The notes beneath the pieces are model-generated. The model worked only from the letters and a program-made list of their open reading frames with translations, was not told where the DNA came from and did no database searches. This document shows positions 51,029 to 64,000 of a stretch of DNA of 64,000 bases, piece after piece (within the stretch, counting starts at the first letter, position 1; every line of letters begins with the position of its first letter). Both the position numbers and the translations under genes were made by a program. This DNA is from Catajapyx aquilonaris (taxonomy: Eukaryota), in assembly GCA_000934665.2 (NCBI GenBank), contig JYFJ02001493.1, forward strand, positions 1 to 64,000, written 5' to 3'.

Positions 51029-51095
51029 CAGGTTGACCCAAAAGTCTGGACACATTATACTATTGGCTGCCAGAATCAACTTTTTGGTCACCCTG
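51029..51095. mobile_element. 67-bp Tc1/mariner-type mini-MITE
   Basis: TA|CAGGTTGACCCAAAAGT ... ACTTTTTGGTCACCCTG|TA; imperfect 17-bp TIRs (2 mismatches) flanked by TA. Confidence 0.65.
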
Positions 51096-51504
51096 TATTG
51101 TGCCAAACGTCATCTAGGTTAGTTCTTCATAATATCTGCCAAACGACGTCGCGTCGCTGTGACAACTGTCAGGACACCGGTGGAGAAACCTAAGTAAAGG
51201 CCTTACAAGGAACTAAAAATACTCCGGAGCAATAAGTGTGATAAGCACTGGAGGGGAACATCCTACAAATTACGACCCGCTATTTTAGGCTCAGCTTTTA
51301 TGGCGGTAAATATTACCATATTGCTCTCCACACTTTTTTTTAAAAAAAGGCGACTAGCGCAAAATATTATTTCACCCCCTCATATTTTGTTATGACGTGC
51401 TACCGAACTAAACAATATTTATCATAACTTCCTCAATTTTATTTACACTTTTTTTTTAACCAATTTTTTTGTGCGTGATAATTACACCCCTCAACCTGGT
51501 TGGA

Positions 51505-51798
51505 AGCATTGACGTCACTGAGAGGTTCTAGGCTCGTCGACTAGGCTGCCATCTACACCAATATAGACCACCCAATCAGAGCGCGAGTCTGTGTTAGTTC
51601 GCCCACCCACCGCACAAAAAAAAGCGGCAGTACAGACAGGTTTAGTAAGGGTGTCTTGAAGGCGGGTTGGTTCAGTCGAGGCTCACACTTAGGTCGGTGG
51701 AGGTTCATACTTGTCGTGTGGTGTATGTGACATTGTTGGACAGCTGCATTGTCTCATCGGGTTATATGTACTGTGCTGGACCGGACCGTCACGATAAT
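51505..51798 (+). promoter_or_regulatory. Candidate promoter and first exon of Ets98B
   Basis: Full CRE TGACGTCA (~51510), two CCAAT boxes, arthropod Inr TCAGT at 51672, strong donor AAT|gtaagt at 51798; ATG 51766 gives MYCAGPDRHDN in frame with exon 52608. Confidence 0.55.
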
Positions 51799-52607
51799 GT
51801 AAGTCATACATAATTTTTGGGGGGGTCAATTTGTGTTTTTGTTACAAACATAGCATAGTGACGTATATATTTATTTTTAAATGTGTAAATATGTTTTAAG
51901 TGTAATTTTATAGTTAAAATTCGTGGCCTGCATAGTGCGCAACAGGTTATAACCAGTGGGTGGGATGCGTTAAAGGGGTGGTGGAAAGTAGGACGATGAG
52001 GTCTGCGACCGTGGTACGTTCCAGCAGGAAAAAGAAGTGGAAGCAGTTCTTCAAGGTTGAGGAACGCTCTTGAAGTTAGCAAAAAAAAAAATATCTCTTC
52101 CACGAACTTACAAGTTGAGTGAAAATATATTTTTTTTCTTCGGAAATTTTTTGGATGCCCTCAATTTCTCTTTAGGTTTTTCCCTGCAGGTGAGCGTACA
52201 GGTGAAAGTCTGGGGATGGATTTTAGTGTGGGTGGGTTTTGTTCTTGGAAGTACCAGGCAGGTTTGGTTAATCGATCGTCAAGCGCACAGTTGTTATGCG
52301 GAGTTCAAAGTCTGGATGAGTGATGGTAATGAAATATATATAATATAAAAAAAAAGAGAAGGGCACGGTCTTAACCTACATTTCTTGAAAGGCAGAACGT
52401 GGCAGAGTCCAAAACTGTTGTGCATGGTGGAATACAACCTTGAAGGATGGGCACGGCATTAAAAAAAAAGCATGGTAAAAAACATAGAGAGGTGTTGCCT
52501 TGAGGGGGATTTGAGTTGTTTGTAAACGGGTTTGGCGTTTTCCTTCCCCCTCACCTTGTGGCGAATACAAGGTTTCCCGTCCACTAATTTTAACAATTTT
52601 TTTTCAG

Positions 52608-55600
52608 ATGGCCCAGACTGTACCCTCTGCAGGATATACACCACCTCCAGATTACACCGCAATTACTGAAGGATTTGATCTGTCGCTTCTGCAGGACAGC
52701 GAGGTTCCATCACCGTCCAATTTCCAGGGGGCCATGTACGACCCTACTTCACCTCTTCATATGTTCCCATCTCCGCCACATGAAGGCTCGACCATTTACG
52801 ACCTGAAGTTGACAATGAAAGTGGCACCTAAGCAACAAGTATGGTACCAGACAACGCCGACACCTTCGCCTCCGTCGTACCAATGCCCATCGCCAGCAGT
52901 CACGATCAAGACCGAGTTCTGCGAGAACACTTTTGACTTGGAGGAACTCCTGAAGGAACCACTGTTGGAGAAGGTGATGACCCCAGTTGTCGGATCGCCC
53001 CAACAGCAAGTACCGGAGCTGCCGTCGTACCACCAGCTGCATTCTCCATTGCCCTGCAAGACAGAACCGGCTTCACCGCAGTCTCAAGACCACCAGCTTC
53101 TTCGACAATGTCTGCGAGACACCAGCTTCCAGAAAAAGTACAACCTGAAGCCCATGGATTTCGACCTGGGATACGGAATCAAGAAAGAGGTGGAGGAAAA
53201 TGATGGTCTGCAGGAACAACTGACCAAGGAGAAGATAGAACCGGTTTTAAGCCTGGCTTACGAGCAGCTGAAAGGGGACATCGACGCCACCTGCAAAGCA
53301 CTCAACATCTCACCAGGTGGGCACAATTGACACTTTATTTTTAACCCCCCCCCCCCCAACACCTGGCAATGAGGTCGTACCTAGTAGGCCACAAATTGAC
53401 GCACCTGACCGTCGGCCATGCGCGTGACATTTGGCCTTTAAGTAGGACAAATTTTTTTAAAAACATGCAATGCACGCATTTTACTAAAAAACAATTACAA
53501 TTTTTTTAGTACGTCAAAAAAGGGCGTGTCGATATGTGCGCCTCCACATGTCATGAGTCACACCTGGCAAATACAACACAGGATATGCAAATGGTAACCC
53601 AATCTTCGTGTACCACTTTTTTTTTCCTGCAGCCGCCCACGATGGTCCATCGGTTGCATTTCTTTGCCGCATTGACGTAAGCGGCCGTATCTATTTCCAA
53701 CAGCCCCCGGTCTGCTCCCATGCTTATCAACAGTCACTCTCGGCTGGTTATCACTGCCACGGTTAACCTCACATATATATATATATTTCAAAACATAAAA
53801 ATCATAGTAAGTGGTGGACGTCCTTGTAAAAGTTTAGGTCCAGCTGCCACAACTTATCAAGGTTACTATTAGCGAAGGTCGACCGGTCTGATGTGTACCC
53901 ATCATCTTTCTCTTGAAAACTGTACCGGCGGACAGTAACTTTCAACAATTTGGTATGCGACGCCCATCAGGGTTTGGGTGTGGCCAATTTGAAAAACTCC
54001 GGGTACCACACCTATGTTCGTCCGTGACACCCGAAGAGGTCACGTAGCCACTTTTGACAGTTGGGTCACACAAAAGTTGGCACAAACACAGGAAGCGTGC
54101 CAAAACGGTTCTAGGAACAACATGAATGAAATACCGGCACATGGTTATTTTTGTGGCCTGTTTACTTTTAGATTCTGGTACTATTTTTGTGGTTTTTATT
54201 GTTGCAGATCCGACCCAGTGGTCTGTTGATGAGGTGAAAGCCTGGTTGTTGTGGACACTGCGACAGTACAATCTGCCTGAAATATCAATGGAGTACTTCA
54301 ATATGGATGGGATCGCCATTTCAGCAATGACCGAGGATGATTTCCGCCAGAGAGCATCACAGGTTAGTCACCTATCATTGCCCCATATTTTAATATTACT
54401 ACCGTATAAAAATAACTAATAATTTAATTACCCCCACAGTGTGGAGACACATTATATGCCCAGCTGGAAATATGGAAGAATGTGCACCAACGCAGTCTGA
54501 CTGGCAATATGGACTTTTGTCTGGACAACTCCATTCTTGATCTGGACGCACTGTTGCAATGGGGAAGCAACGCCTCTAGTGGCGAACCCAGCCCACCAGG
54601 CCACGCCGAAAGTGACGGTAAGTGTCACAAAAATATTTACACAATGCGGAAAAAAAAGCTAGGACCCCACATGGTTATCTATCACCTTTTTTTTCTAACC
54701 TAAGACCTTGATCTTCTGGCTTAAGGAACAAGGTTCATAGGCGGCTCTAGATCCTAATCTCAAACCACTCTAGCTGAACCCACACCCTAAAGGCATGTGA
54801 GTTTGCCCTCCAAAGACGCCGATTGTCTCTATAACATGAGGTGTGACACAAGGCCACTAGTTCGATCAAAGTCTAATTACTATCAGCAAAATGAACAAAC
54901 ATAAACTTTGACCAGTTTGCACACATGTTTACTGCACATTTTGTGCCACTTGTCAATACCAATATTTTTTTTCTTCATGTGTGTAAAATAATTGGCTGAA
55001 ATTGAGGCGCCAAAATGGCGCCGGTTGGCATCCCACGCGAGAGTTGTAAGTCGTGCAGTGCTCGTGGCCGAGCCCTGAAATGCCCTGGGGCGAAGCAAGT
55101 CCTGGTTGGTTGGAAAGGTAGGACAGTGGTAAGGTGGATGTGTAGAGGAGGAGGGGGTTGCAAACAGCGATTTCAGGGTCAGAGTGCCAGGTACGCCGTG
55201 GAGGCCGACTAGCCTCGCTGTAAAGGGTGCAGAAAAATTGGCGACACAAAACGTTCTTACAAAAATTACATAATTTTTTTTTAAAAAAAAGAAGCCTAGG
55301 TTGTTTTCATTCATGAGTTATTTTAGGGTGGTTCTCGCCTCGTTCGTGACCAAGGAACACATTTTTAGATGCCAAGGTGGAACTGCGCCAGAGAAAGTAG
55401 AACAGTTGTGGTTTTTGCCAAAAAAAAATGAGAGAGACTTGGGTCATGATGGCCAATGGCCGGTTGTTGCTCACTGAATCTGCTGTGGAATGTTTCCACT
55501 CGGATTAGTCTCCAATTTGTTCAGCTTCTTGCTTCCCATTCTGACGTCATCAAATGCTCCAGTCACCACTTGACCTCCTGCCTCAGGTGTGCTGATGTCA

Positions 55601-56295
55601 CCTACAGATAGTCTAAATTTGGGCAGGGTGAAAGTGGTTCCTTTTCTTTCACCTGGGGGGATGAATTGGGGCAAGCATGAGACCCCAGGTGGCCCAAATG
55701 TCCAGGTGTGGCCCATGGGGATATAATGACGTCAGCTTTTAGGAATTGTGGTATTTCCCATCCAGATGCAAAGTGAAAGGGGTTGTACTGTAGGGAAGGG
55801 AGCTCTCTCTTGAGACCTTCGTACGAAGCACTTGCGACGTGATTTCCTTGAAAATGCCCCCCACTCCCTCTGTCTGCCACTTGGTTCCTGGGTGAACAAC
55901 CGGTTGCATAAAACTCGCAATTTTAATTTACAAAAATTATGAGTATCTTCTAATGATGTCTCAATTTTGTTGCAGATGAGGATGAAAGCGAGAAGTCAAC
56001 TCCAAGTCCACGAAGCGGATCACATATTCACCTTTGGCAGTTCCTGAAGGAGTTGTTGTCCCAACCTCAGCTGTATGGATCCTGTATCCGGTGGCTGGAT
56101 AGACCCAAGGGTGTCTTTAAGATTGAGGATTCGGTCCGGGTTGCGCGTCTTTGGGGCAAGAGAAAGAACCGACCAGCCATGAACTATGATAAGCTGTCTA
56201 GGTCCATCAGACAGTACTACAAGAAGGGTATCATGAAGAAGACCGAAAGGTCTCAACGGCTGGTCTACCAATTCTGCCATCCCTACTGCCTGTGA
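52608..56295 (+). CDS. Ets98B: ETS transcription factor with Pointed (SAM_PNT) domain, Ets98B/SPDEF (D-ETS-4) orthologue, ~453 aa, spliced
   Basis: Exons 52608-53316, 54208-54362, 54440-54617, 55976-56295 (phases match). PNT domain CKALNISPDPTQWSVDEVKAWLLW...CGDTLYAQLEIWK; ETS domain IHLWQFLKELL...FKIEDSVRVARLWGKRKNRPAMNYDKLSRSIRQYYKKGIMKK...QRLVYQF of the SPDEF class. Confidence 0.95.
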
Positions 56296-59200
56296 TTTAA
56301 TGACAAAAAAGTGTTTTATTTTTTTAAAATGCAGGCATTGTACAAAGGGAGTGGTGGAGGTTCTTTCTCTGTTTTTAATTTATAATTCGAGCCTTCTCAC
56401 ATCCCTGCTTTTTGCAGGGATTTGTGACGATGGTGCTCTATTTTTTTGAGAATAGTTTTTATTGTGATTTCTGTGTGCCCCGCAGGAATATGAGTATGCC
56501 ATTTGGCAATATTTTGTAATAGTTACGTAGAGTATGTGTTTTTTCGTGTTATTTTTTTTTGCAAGAAAACTGGGCTGGTCCCTTAGTAGTTTTTGGGTTA
56601 TGGTTATTTTTAAATCACTAGTAATAACAGAGCCAGTTTCATCATTTTTATATTTAAAAAAAGGTATATATAACGTAACATGTTGCACATAGGATGAAAC
56701 TGCTTCTGTTCATAACCACTTTTAGCACATAAGCTGACCTCTTTTTGGGAAGGAAGGTAATTTCCATCTCCCAAAAGAGCTCATAGAATTTTAAGGTTCT
56801 TGGATTGTTCTATTGCTGTCCAGTACATTGTTGGAATCCTCGGTAATTAAGCTGATGCTGATATTGTGATGCTCAGGTAGTTTTTTTTTGTCTCACCTTT
56901 GAGCTCCGATTGAAGCCCGGCTTGAGGATAACCAGCTTTGTAAAACTGGGGTGATGTTTTATCCCATATATCTATGATATATCGTGTGGTACGTTCTATG
57001 AACACCCTCATTGTCTGTGTGTAACTGGTCTGTGCTCATGTGAGGCAGCCAGAATCATATAATCATATTTTCACTATTTTGAACCATATATTACATATAT
57101 TTTATTGCTAAATCTGTATGTGTAAAAGGCACCAAACCTTTCCTCGGAAAGGTTTTCTTTTTATATGCTTTTTTTGTTTATTTATTGCGTGCCTAATGTA
57201 GTTAGTGGCTTGTACCTGACCTCTATGTTGTAAGTCGCAGTTTTATAGCCCTTCTCAAAACAACTTGTGCCTTATTTTTCCAACCTGAAATGATGTATTT
57301 CATGGATTACTAATAAAGTAGAGTAGAATACTACACATGCAATTTATTTATTTTTCCTTCGCTTTAGAGAACCCTGACGAGTTATGCAGTTTACTCCGGT
57401 ATTTCCCATTGGATCAAAACAAGATGGAGAGCAAAAAAATTAAGGTCGACAGCTTTATGCCAAACCAGTTTTGCAAAGCTTCAGGTCTCCGTGGCCGTTT
57501 GGTCGAACCAAGAATCTCCTTTTTACCATACCAGATGAAGACGTAAGGTCAAGGAGCATCACCAGTTGGCTATTTACTTATTTATTTATACGTGGAAATT
57601 CCACCCAATGACAAACATGGAAGGACAAACAAGCAAGTACTGACAGATCTCGCTATTTTCACTCAACAGTTGCACACACGCGTCATCAGTCACAATTTTT
57701 GAAAGTGTAATCGAGTTTTCCAAGAAGGCGGCCAACGACCTCAGAAAATTCGGCCTTTGTTCCCGAACTTGATCTGCCTCCCAAATTAGGGTCCTAGTAC
57801 AGAAAAAAAAACATTAGAATTGGCAAATACTACGAATACAAAGTGGGTGGGCATACGTGCCTAATCCTTCCTTACTAATGTCCGCCAAGTTTATACATTA
57901 CACAGTACCGTATCAGCAGACTTTGAGCTAGGTCAAATAGCTAGGTTCAACCCCCCAAGTGTCTTTCGCAAAAAGATATTGATCCCAGTAAATTGCAAAG
58001 CAGGTGCTACGTAATCAATCTGTGACGAGTTGAGAGTTTTTTTTTTTTTTTTTTTTGTAAAGGTGAGTTTGAAGCATCGATTTGGCATGAGCTCAAATCA
58101 CGTGGCACACCCGTGGTTTTCACTCGATCTATATTTACTTGACACTTTCAAACACTGTTCAATGTTTACCTTAAGAATCGCCGTATTTTTAGGAACCGCC
58201 GATTTATTACACGCTACTAAACTGAAAAGGTCAGAATAAGGAGAAATGGTTGTAAGAACTCTCTATGTGACCATACAATTTTGTTTTTAAAAAATCAGTA
58301 TTTTTATGCAAAAAAAATGTATCTGCAAGAAAAAAAAATGTGTTGACTTCAATGACGTCCTTGACATTACCACGCGTTATCAATTCACACCCCTGCCTGG
58401 TGTATACCCCCTTTGGTGTTATTTGACTCCCACGCGTCCTCATTATATTGTATAACTGCATTGAAGAAACTACGCTGTTCACGAACGGATATTAAAGGCC
58501 GTTTTTGCTGTTTGACTCTTTCCATATTCAAACGCTCGGAGGGCCAGCTCATCACTATATCTGGCATGGTGTATTAAATATTACTCATTAGGGCGGGATC
58601 ATCACAAATTCGATACTGAAGACAGATGTGTGAAAGTTTTATCCGGATTCAAATTAACGTGAGGTGAAAACCTGATAGGTTGGAAATAATGATACGGTAC
58701 TAAGCCAACGTTGTATTTTTTTTGATTATATAATTTGGAGTTGCTCATAACAGCTGACCACACACTACAGCTAGTAAGTCACGCATGGGGGATGGACTAT
58801 GAAATTTTTTGGGGGGGATACATGCATGGGTTATAAGGATCGAGATGTGTGGTTAAGGGATATGCTTGTCATAAAAGAGTTCACAGCCTCAACCTCTTCA
58901 GAACAACGGTATTTTGCTGGTTTGCTCAGCAGTTTGGAGCCGAACGAATAGGTAGCGTTGGGATCTGCGCCATGTTTGGAGCAACCAATGCCATCTAGGT
59001 ATCAAAGGGTTGGAAAGTATGACGTGTTCGGATCTGAAGTGTTTACTAGCTTTTCACAAGGAGTGAAAATTTAGCTGAATTTAAGTAATTAGGTTTGTAA
59101 TGTAAAGCTCGAATGGACCTGCTGTTTACTGTTTGTTGATTCTCATTAAACTGAGGTAAACAATAATTCACAACTTGAACTTAGCCTGTAGTCAACCTGT

Positions 59201-61419
59201 CAAAGAATTAACGTCATTACTGACATGTGGGCAAATATTTACTGTCTGGCTACACATACTCAGAAAAGCTGAAACGGTCTTATCTCGTGGTGTATAAGCA
59301 ATGCTTTCAAAAAAATACACTGAATAGTTGACTGATGACTGGGGTGACCTTTGCAGTTATTTCCACATGTAAGCAACTATCCAGATCTGCTGAATCAAAG
59401 TTCTGAAATTGGATAGTACAATAGTGTAATAGTTACGTAACCAAATAGAATGCATCGATGGACACACTCTCCTTATTTGCAACAGGCGGTTCGGCATCAG
59501 TGCTAAATCTGCCTAATTATTCCAAGAAACTGCTGTGTTGCCATTACAGCAACGTTCTAATATATAATAATATAATAATATAATAATATAATGAACGTGT
59601 AGGCTACTTTCCCAGTTGCCTGCTACAGTAATTAGTTCTTTAGATAAATGTTTGAGGGTGGAATTACCTTCACCGAAGTTTCTAGGACAAATGCAAGTAA
59701 TGCAATCAGCCTTTTAACACACAATATCTCCCAATCACTTGATCGTTCTGCATTTCAGATACAAATATCAAAACCCTTTATCCATCGCTATTTCACAATT
59801 ATGGCGCAAGAACTTCAAATTTACGACCAATTTTCCTATAGATGCTGAAAAGATATCTCGCATGACACTGTGTAGCAAGATCATGTAGATCTCCTGTTAT
59901 CGCCATAATGTCGAAAGTGTTGGTGTAATCAGATAGGTATATCTGGGAGACTGGATAAGTCATGGTCCTCATCCAACCGCAACGATTCAGCCAATGAAAC
60001 ATCTCCATCATGCTCAGAATGAAAGGCAAGTGACCCATGCCATCTAGCATTCAAACAACAAACCTCCAGAAGGCATATAGCACCGTCGAGCTCTGCCTGA
60101 CACAAAATAAATGACCGTGCATATCATTATTCCGCGAATAATCTCTAGTACGCATCGCACGTGCACTATACACTCGATGCTCTGCAGGTAGACATGCCCT
60201 TGGAAAGTATACCTGAATTTTAAATATTTTCAGAGTTTTCCTTCAAGAGGAAGAAATTTCGTTGCGAAGAATTGCGACATGTATTCTGCGTAAACGATTA
60301 TAACACATCGTATCATACGAGACTGATCGTAACACTTTCGAAGCGTACGTTTCACACGCGATAAATTATTCTAATTGATCCAACGATTGATCTAGTGATT
60401 GCAGCTGGTTATGAAACCATTGCCATTTTGCAACCTGAAATTGCAATATGTGGCTGCCTATATGGCGTTATGTGTAGATTACATACGTGGTGTGGAAAGA
60501 GAGTACGGCATTATTGATGCATTCACAATAAACAATCCGGCATATTTGAGATTTTCTCTAGGTGGTTCTTTGTGTTGATACAAATCGGGTCTTAATCCCT
60601 GTTGAACTGCCTCCAGGAAACATTATTTTTTTGCCGGATAGTTTGACATAGGCCTAATATATTCATCGTTGAGAACAGTCAAATGATACATTTCCATCCC
60701 AAAAATTTACCTGGAGGCGGTGCAACCCAAAGATGAGAAAACCTAAGGTATATTCTCACTTCTTTGGTGCAACCTGGCCTATCCGTAGAGGGATAGACAA
60801 AAGTGACCTAAGATAATGTCACTGAAAATACTTGCTTGAAAGTCATATCTTATTAGGAGCTATCCTCTTATACATGGTGGTGTCCAATTACTCCAATACC
60901 CTATACAGTCGTGTATTTGTTACATACTCCATTTTGCAGGGAATAATGTTGTAATGTAGACTTTGGCCTCCACACATTCATGAGCCGCTTTGTTCCGAGC
61001 CGAAAAGGACGGCACAACGCACAAGTAAAATATTCGTACCCATAAAAATAATGTCATCACGCACGACGTAACCTCTCAGTGCGTGAAAACGTAAGCAGCT
61101 CAGTGCATAATGAATAGGTTGAATTTGATTAATCTTTAAAAATATACTAGAAAAACCCTCGCTTCGCTCGCTTTTTTCTAGGCCTGCGGTGTAGGGCATG
61201 TTGTTAATGATGCTCATCCAACAATTATTATCCGTATCATACTCCTCCCCCCCTCCCCTCCTTATATTAACCCTTTGACGGCTAAGTACATCATAATAAT
61301 TATGAATGATGTCAATCATGTCATGAGGGCTTTTGAATTTGGCTCGCGAGGATGTGTATAGAGAAGGCGAACTTTGCGGTGCCAAATCTGGTTCAATATG
61401 CTCCTGCTGTTGAGTGAAG

Positions 61420-61444
61420 CCCCCCCCCCCCCCCCCCCCCCCNG
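61420..61444. repeat. Poly-C tract adjacent to an ambiguous base
   Basis: Run of C followed by n at 61444; its length may be an assembly artefact. Confidence 0.9.
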
Positions 61445-61814
61445 TATAGATACTGGGTGGTAAATAAATATGAATGTGAATGATTTGAGCCACTAACAAT
61501 ACACTCTAGGCCTACACGGTCGTAATCATGTGAAATAAAACAGTGGCAATGAAAAACTGCCGCAGAGGAGTACATCTCCGCTAGTCTGGAAGTATTGTCT
61601 TCCCTACCGGCTACCGGTCAATTAATCATATAGTCAACATGAGGTTGTATTATTTTCATAATAAATCTTAAATAAAATATAAAATAAATAAAAATAAAAA
61701 TTTCACAGGTTATTAATATCCTACTGTACAGTGTCGCATGCTGTTTGGTTGAATCAAAATAGTAAACCTTATCATAGATTTTTACATTATGTCTTCTAGA
61801 AAGAGTCTGTTATA

Positions 61815-62520
61815 CAGGGTGGGGCAAAAGTCATGGGCTGGTCTAAACGACGAAGCATGGCGTAAGTAACGAACGATTATATTTTTAACAAATTACACTA
61901 CACAGAGAAAGATATGCCATTTATGGATCGAGGTCCAAAAAAAGTCACTTCTTGAAAACAACACCGGATAGATGTCCACCTTTGCGGGCAACACATATTC
62001 CTCCAAACGCCGGACGAAACCCTTCATAACGCTCTCCAGCATGTCCAGGGGAATGTTTCTCACGGCGGCGTGTCTTTTGTCTGATCCTTAAGATCAGCCA
62101 ATGACTGAGGACGTGTGGCGAACACCAAACAAATTAAAAGTCAAGTTGTTTCCTGAGAGGATCATTTCGAGATTTGGGGAGATTCCATGGCCGTCGCGGT
62201 CGCTGGATTTGACTTCTTCTTGTGTGGGTACCTGAAGAGTTTGGCGTTCACCAGACGTCCTCAGTCATTGGCGGATCTTAAGGTTCATATAAGACTCACC
62301 GTGAGAAACATTTCCCCGTTTGGAGGAGGAGGAATATGTGTTGCCCGCAAAGGTGGACATATATCCGGTGTTGTTTCTAAGTTACTTTTTTTGGTCCTTG
62401 ATCCATAAATGGCACCATCTTTCTCTGCCGGTGTAGTGTAATTTAAAAATATATATAATCGTTCGTTACTTACTCCATGCTGCGTCGTTTAAACCAGCCC
62501 ATGACTTTTGCCCCACCCTG
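61815..62520. mobile_element. 706-bp non-autonomous Tc1/mariner-superfamily foldback element with transposase remnants
   Basis: TA|CAGGGTGGGGCAAAAGTCATGGGCTGGT ... ACCAGCCCATGACTTTTGCCCCACCCTG|TA; ~300-bp inverted arms; centre encodes decayed FPERIISRFGEIPWPSRSLDL/DFFLCGYLK (WPPRSPDL..DFFLWGYLK signature) and C-terminal CVARKGGH. Confidence 0.92.
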
Positions 62521-64000
62521 TATTTCTTCGTGACTGGCAGTATAGGCCAAATTTTCGTCCCACTGCTATAGTTGCAGTTACTGCTGACTTAATTTGCACC
62601 GGTAGGCCTACTGATAAGTTAGCAGTGCAGTGGGACGATAATTCGATCCGTTTTTTCGGGCTTTCATTTAAAATTTTATTTTTTGGCGGTACATGGATTA
62701 TCCGCACCCAGATAATAGGTGGTACAGTGTAGTTACTTAGTTAGTTACTTAGGTCCATAATATAAGGGCGTGTAAAATGCCACAAAATGACAAAACATTG
62801 CTTCTCTCTTATGAAGCCTGCATTATTTTATTCTCTCAGTTCAGAAATGAAAAGTAGCACATGATAGAAGACTCTTCACAACAAACTGACTATAAAATAT
62901 TACCTTCCATCTCTTCTTGCTCTTACCTCTTAGATTCTTCTCCAACCTGGACGAGGTAGTTCCCAATGCTCCTGACACAGTGTACTCTGTGGGTGCGTGA
63001 AATTGGTTTCATTCCATCCCGCAGTGCTCCTGCAGCTCATTTGTTGTTTTCCACGATGTCCGATGAAGGGACAAAGATGATATATCCTAAACTGTCCGGC
63101 CAGAACGCACACACCCAAACCCTTTTGAGGACTTGCGAACGAGTGCTGTGGTATGAGGCAAAACACAGACGGTAGCACTAAATGGGTAGGTGCGTTATTC
63201 TGATATACCAAGGTCAAAACGTAACATCCAATGGGGCAGCAATGAGGGTCATAGCCTACAGCCTTGCTAATGTTTTCCGTCGTGTCCGCGGTAAATTCAA
63301 AATCAAATTCCTCATCTCTCGCAGTCAACCAGGCATTTCAGTGTCCCCGTCGATTGGCACCACCCGGCTGCCCCGTTTTTCCCGCCAATTTTGAAGGCAC
63401 TTTTAAATACGCTGTAATTTATCCAGTAATGTCATTTTAATGCAACAGAGTGATGGAATGTGTGTTTACAGGCATGGGCTGGCTATTTATGAACAAAAAT
63501 CCCAAATCCCAGACCAAGTCTAGGATCCCATTATAGTCTAACGAAGGATCCGAGATAGTTTGTACTGTACAGTGTGCATGTCGTTCTATATCAGGTTGTA
63601 GGTAAATGTTTTGAATCCAGCAACATTGCATGGCCTTTTTAAACATGGAATATGTTCAATAGTGAACAGCTATGAAATATTACCTTTTATAGGCACGATA
63701 TACGTATTGTGGGCAAGATATCAACAATTCCATTGCAACAAATATAGTCGCTGTTAAATGAAATGTACGAAGCATATACAATAATGCTCAGGAAGAAAAA
63801 GTTTATTAAATGTACCTACAGTTACACAGTTTCACATGCCAATATTGTTCTGTCGAGATACAGACCAGGAATGGTTACGGGGGAGTAAAACGATCCGGAA
63901 TGAAACCGAAGGCACAAAATTAGTCGGTGGGGAAGCCACAAATAAAATAAGAGCGCAGCAGCAGCCGTTTTTTTTGCAGTTGTAGTTGTTTCTCCTTTCT

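Noticed and set aside
57134..57155. 10-bp palindrome AAACCTTTCC-tc-GGAAAGGTTT in the probable Ets98B 3' UTR
   Set aside because: Too short and isolated to interpret; bacterial-type terminators do not apply here.
59799..60050. Short minus-strand ORF, possible transposase relic
   Set aside because: No diagnostic motif recognised.
60978..61499. 173-aa minus-strand ORF with poly-Gly
   Set aside because: Spans a poly-C tract and an N; likely repeat-derived (CTCGCTTCGCTCG stem-loop near 61147-61181), not a gene.
62930..63394. Overlapping 70-132 aa ORFs with a faint hAT-like FTADTTENISK string
   Set aside because: Similarity is too short to support a call, and I found no consistent splice structure or TIRs.

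Overview
Eukaryotic, intron-rich, AT-rich genomic DNA that looks arthropod-like; the species cannot be identified from the sequence. Four spliced protein-coding genes were assembled by hand from GT-AG sites with consistent phase. (1) Minus strand: choline/ethanolamine phosphotransferase (CEPT1/CHPT1 family, fly bbc-like), 3254-9608. It has three tandem paralogous, probably mutually exclusive exons and an alternative last exon. (2) Plus strand: Tsp5D-like tetraspanin, 13217-16568, head-to-head with CEPT, with candidate alternative coding first exons. (3) Plus strand: an unrecognised ~677-aa secreted Gly/Ala/Ser/Thr/Val/Leu-rich protein, 32201-43799, built from 13 exons joined only by phase-0 introns, with 11- and 18-residue amphipathic repeats and RxxR sites. 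(4) Plus strand: PNT+ETS transcription factor Ets98B/SPDEF, 52608-56295. Non-coding DNA holds several MITEs, hairpins and simple repeats. The best leads are the CEPT exon cassette and the orphan modular secreted protein. All exon models are predictions without transcript evidence.
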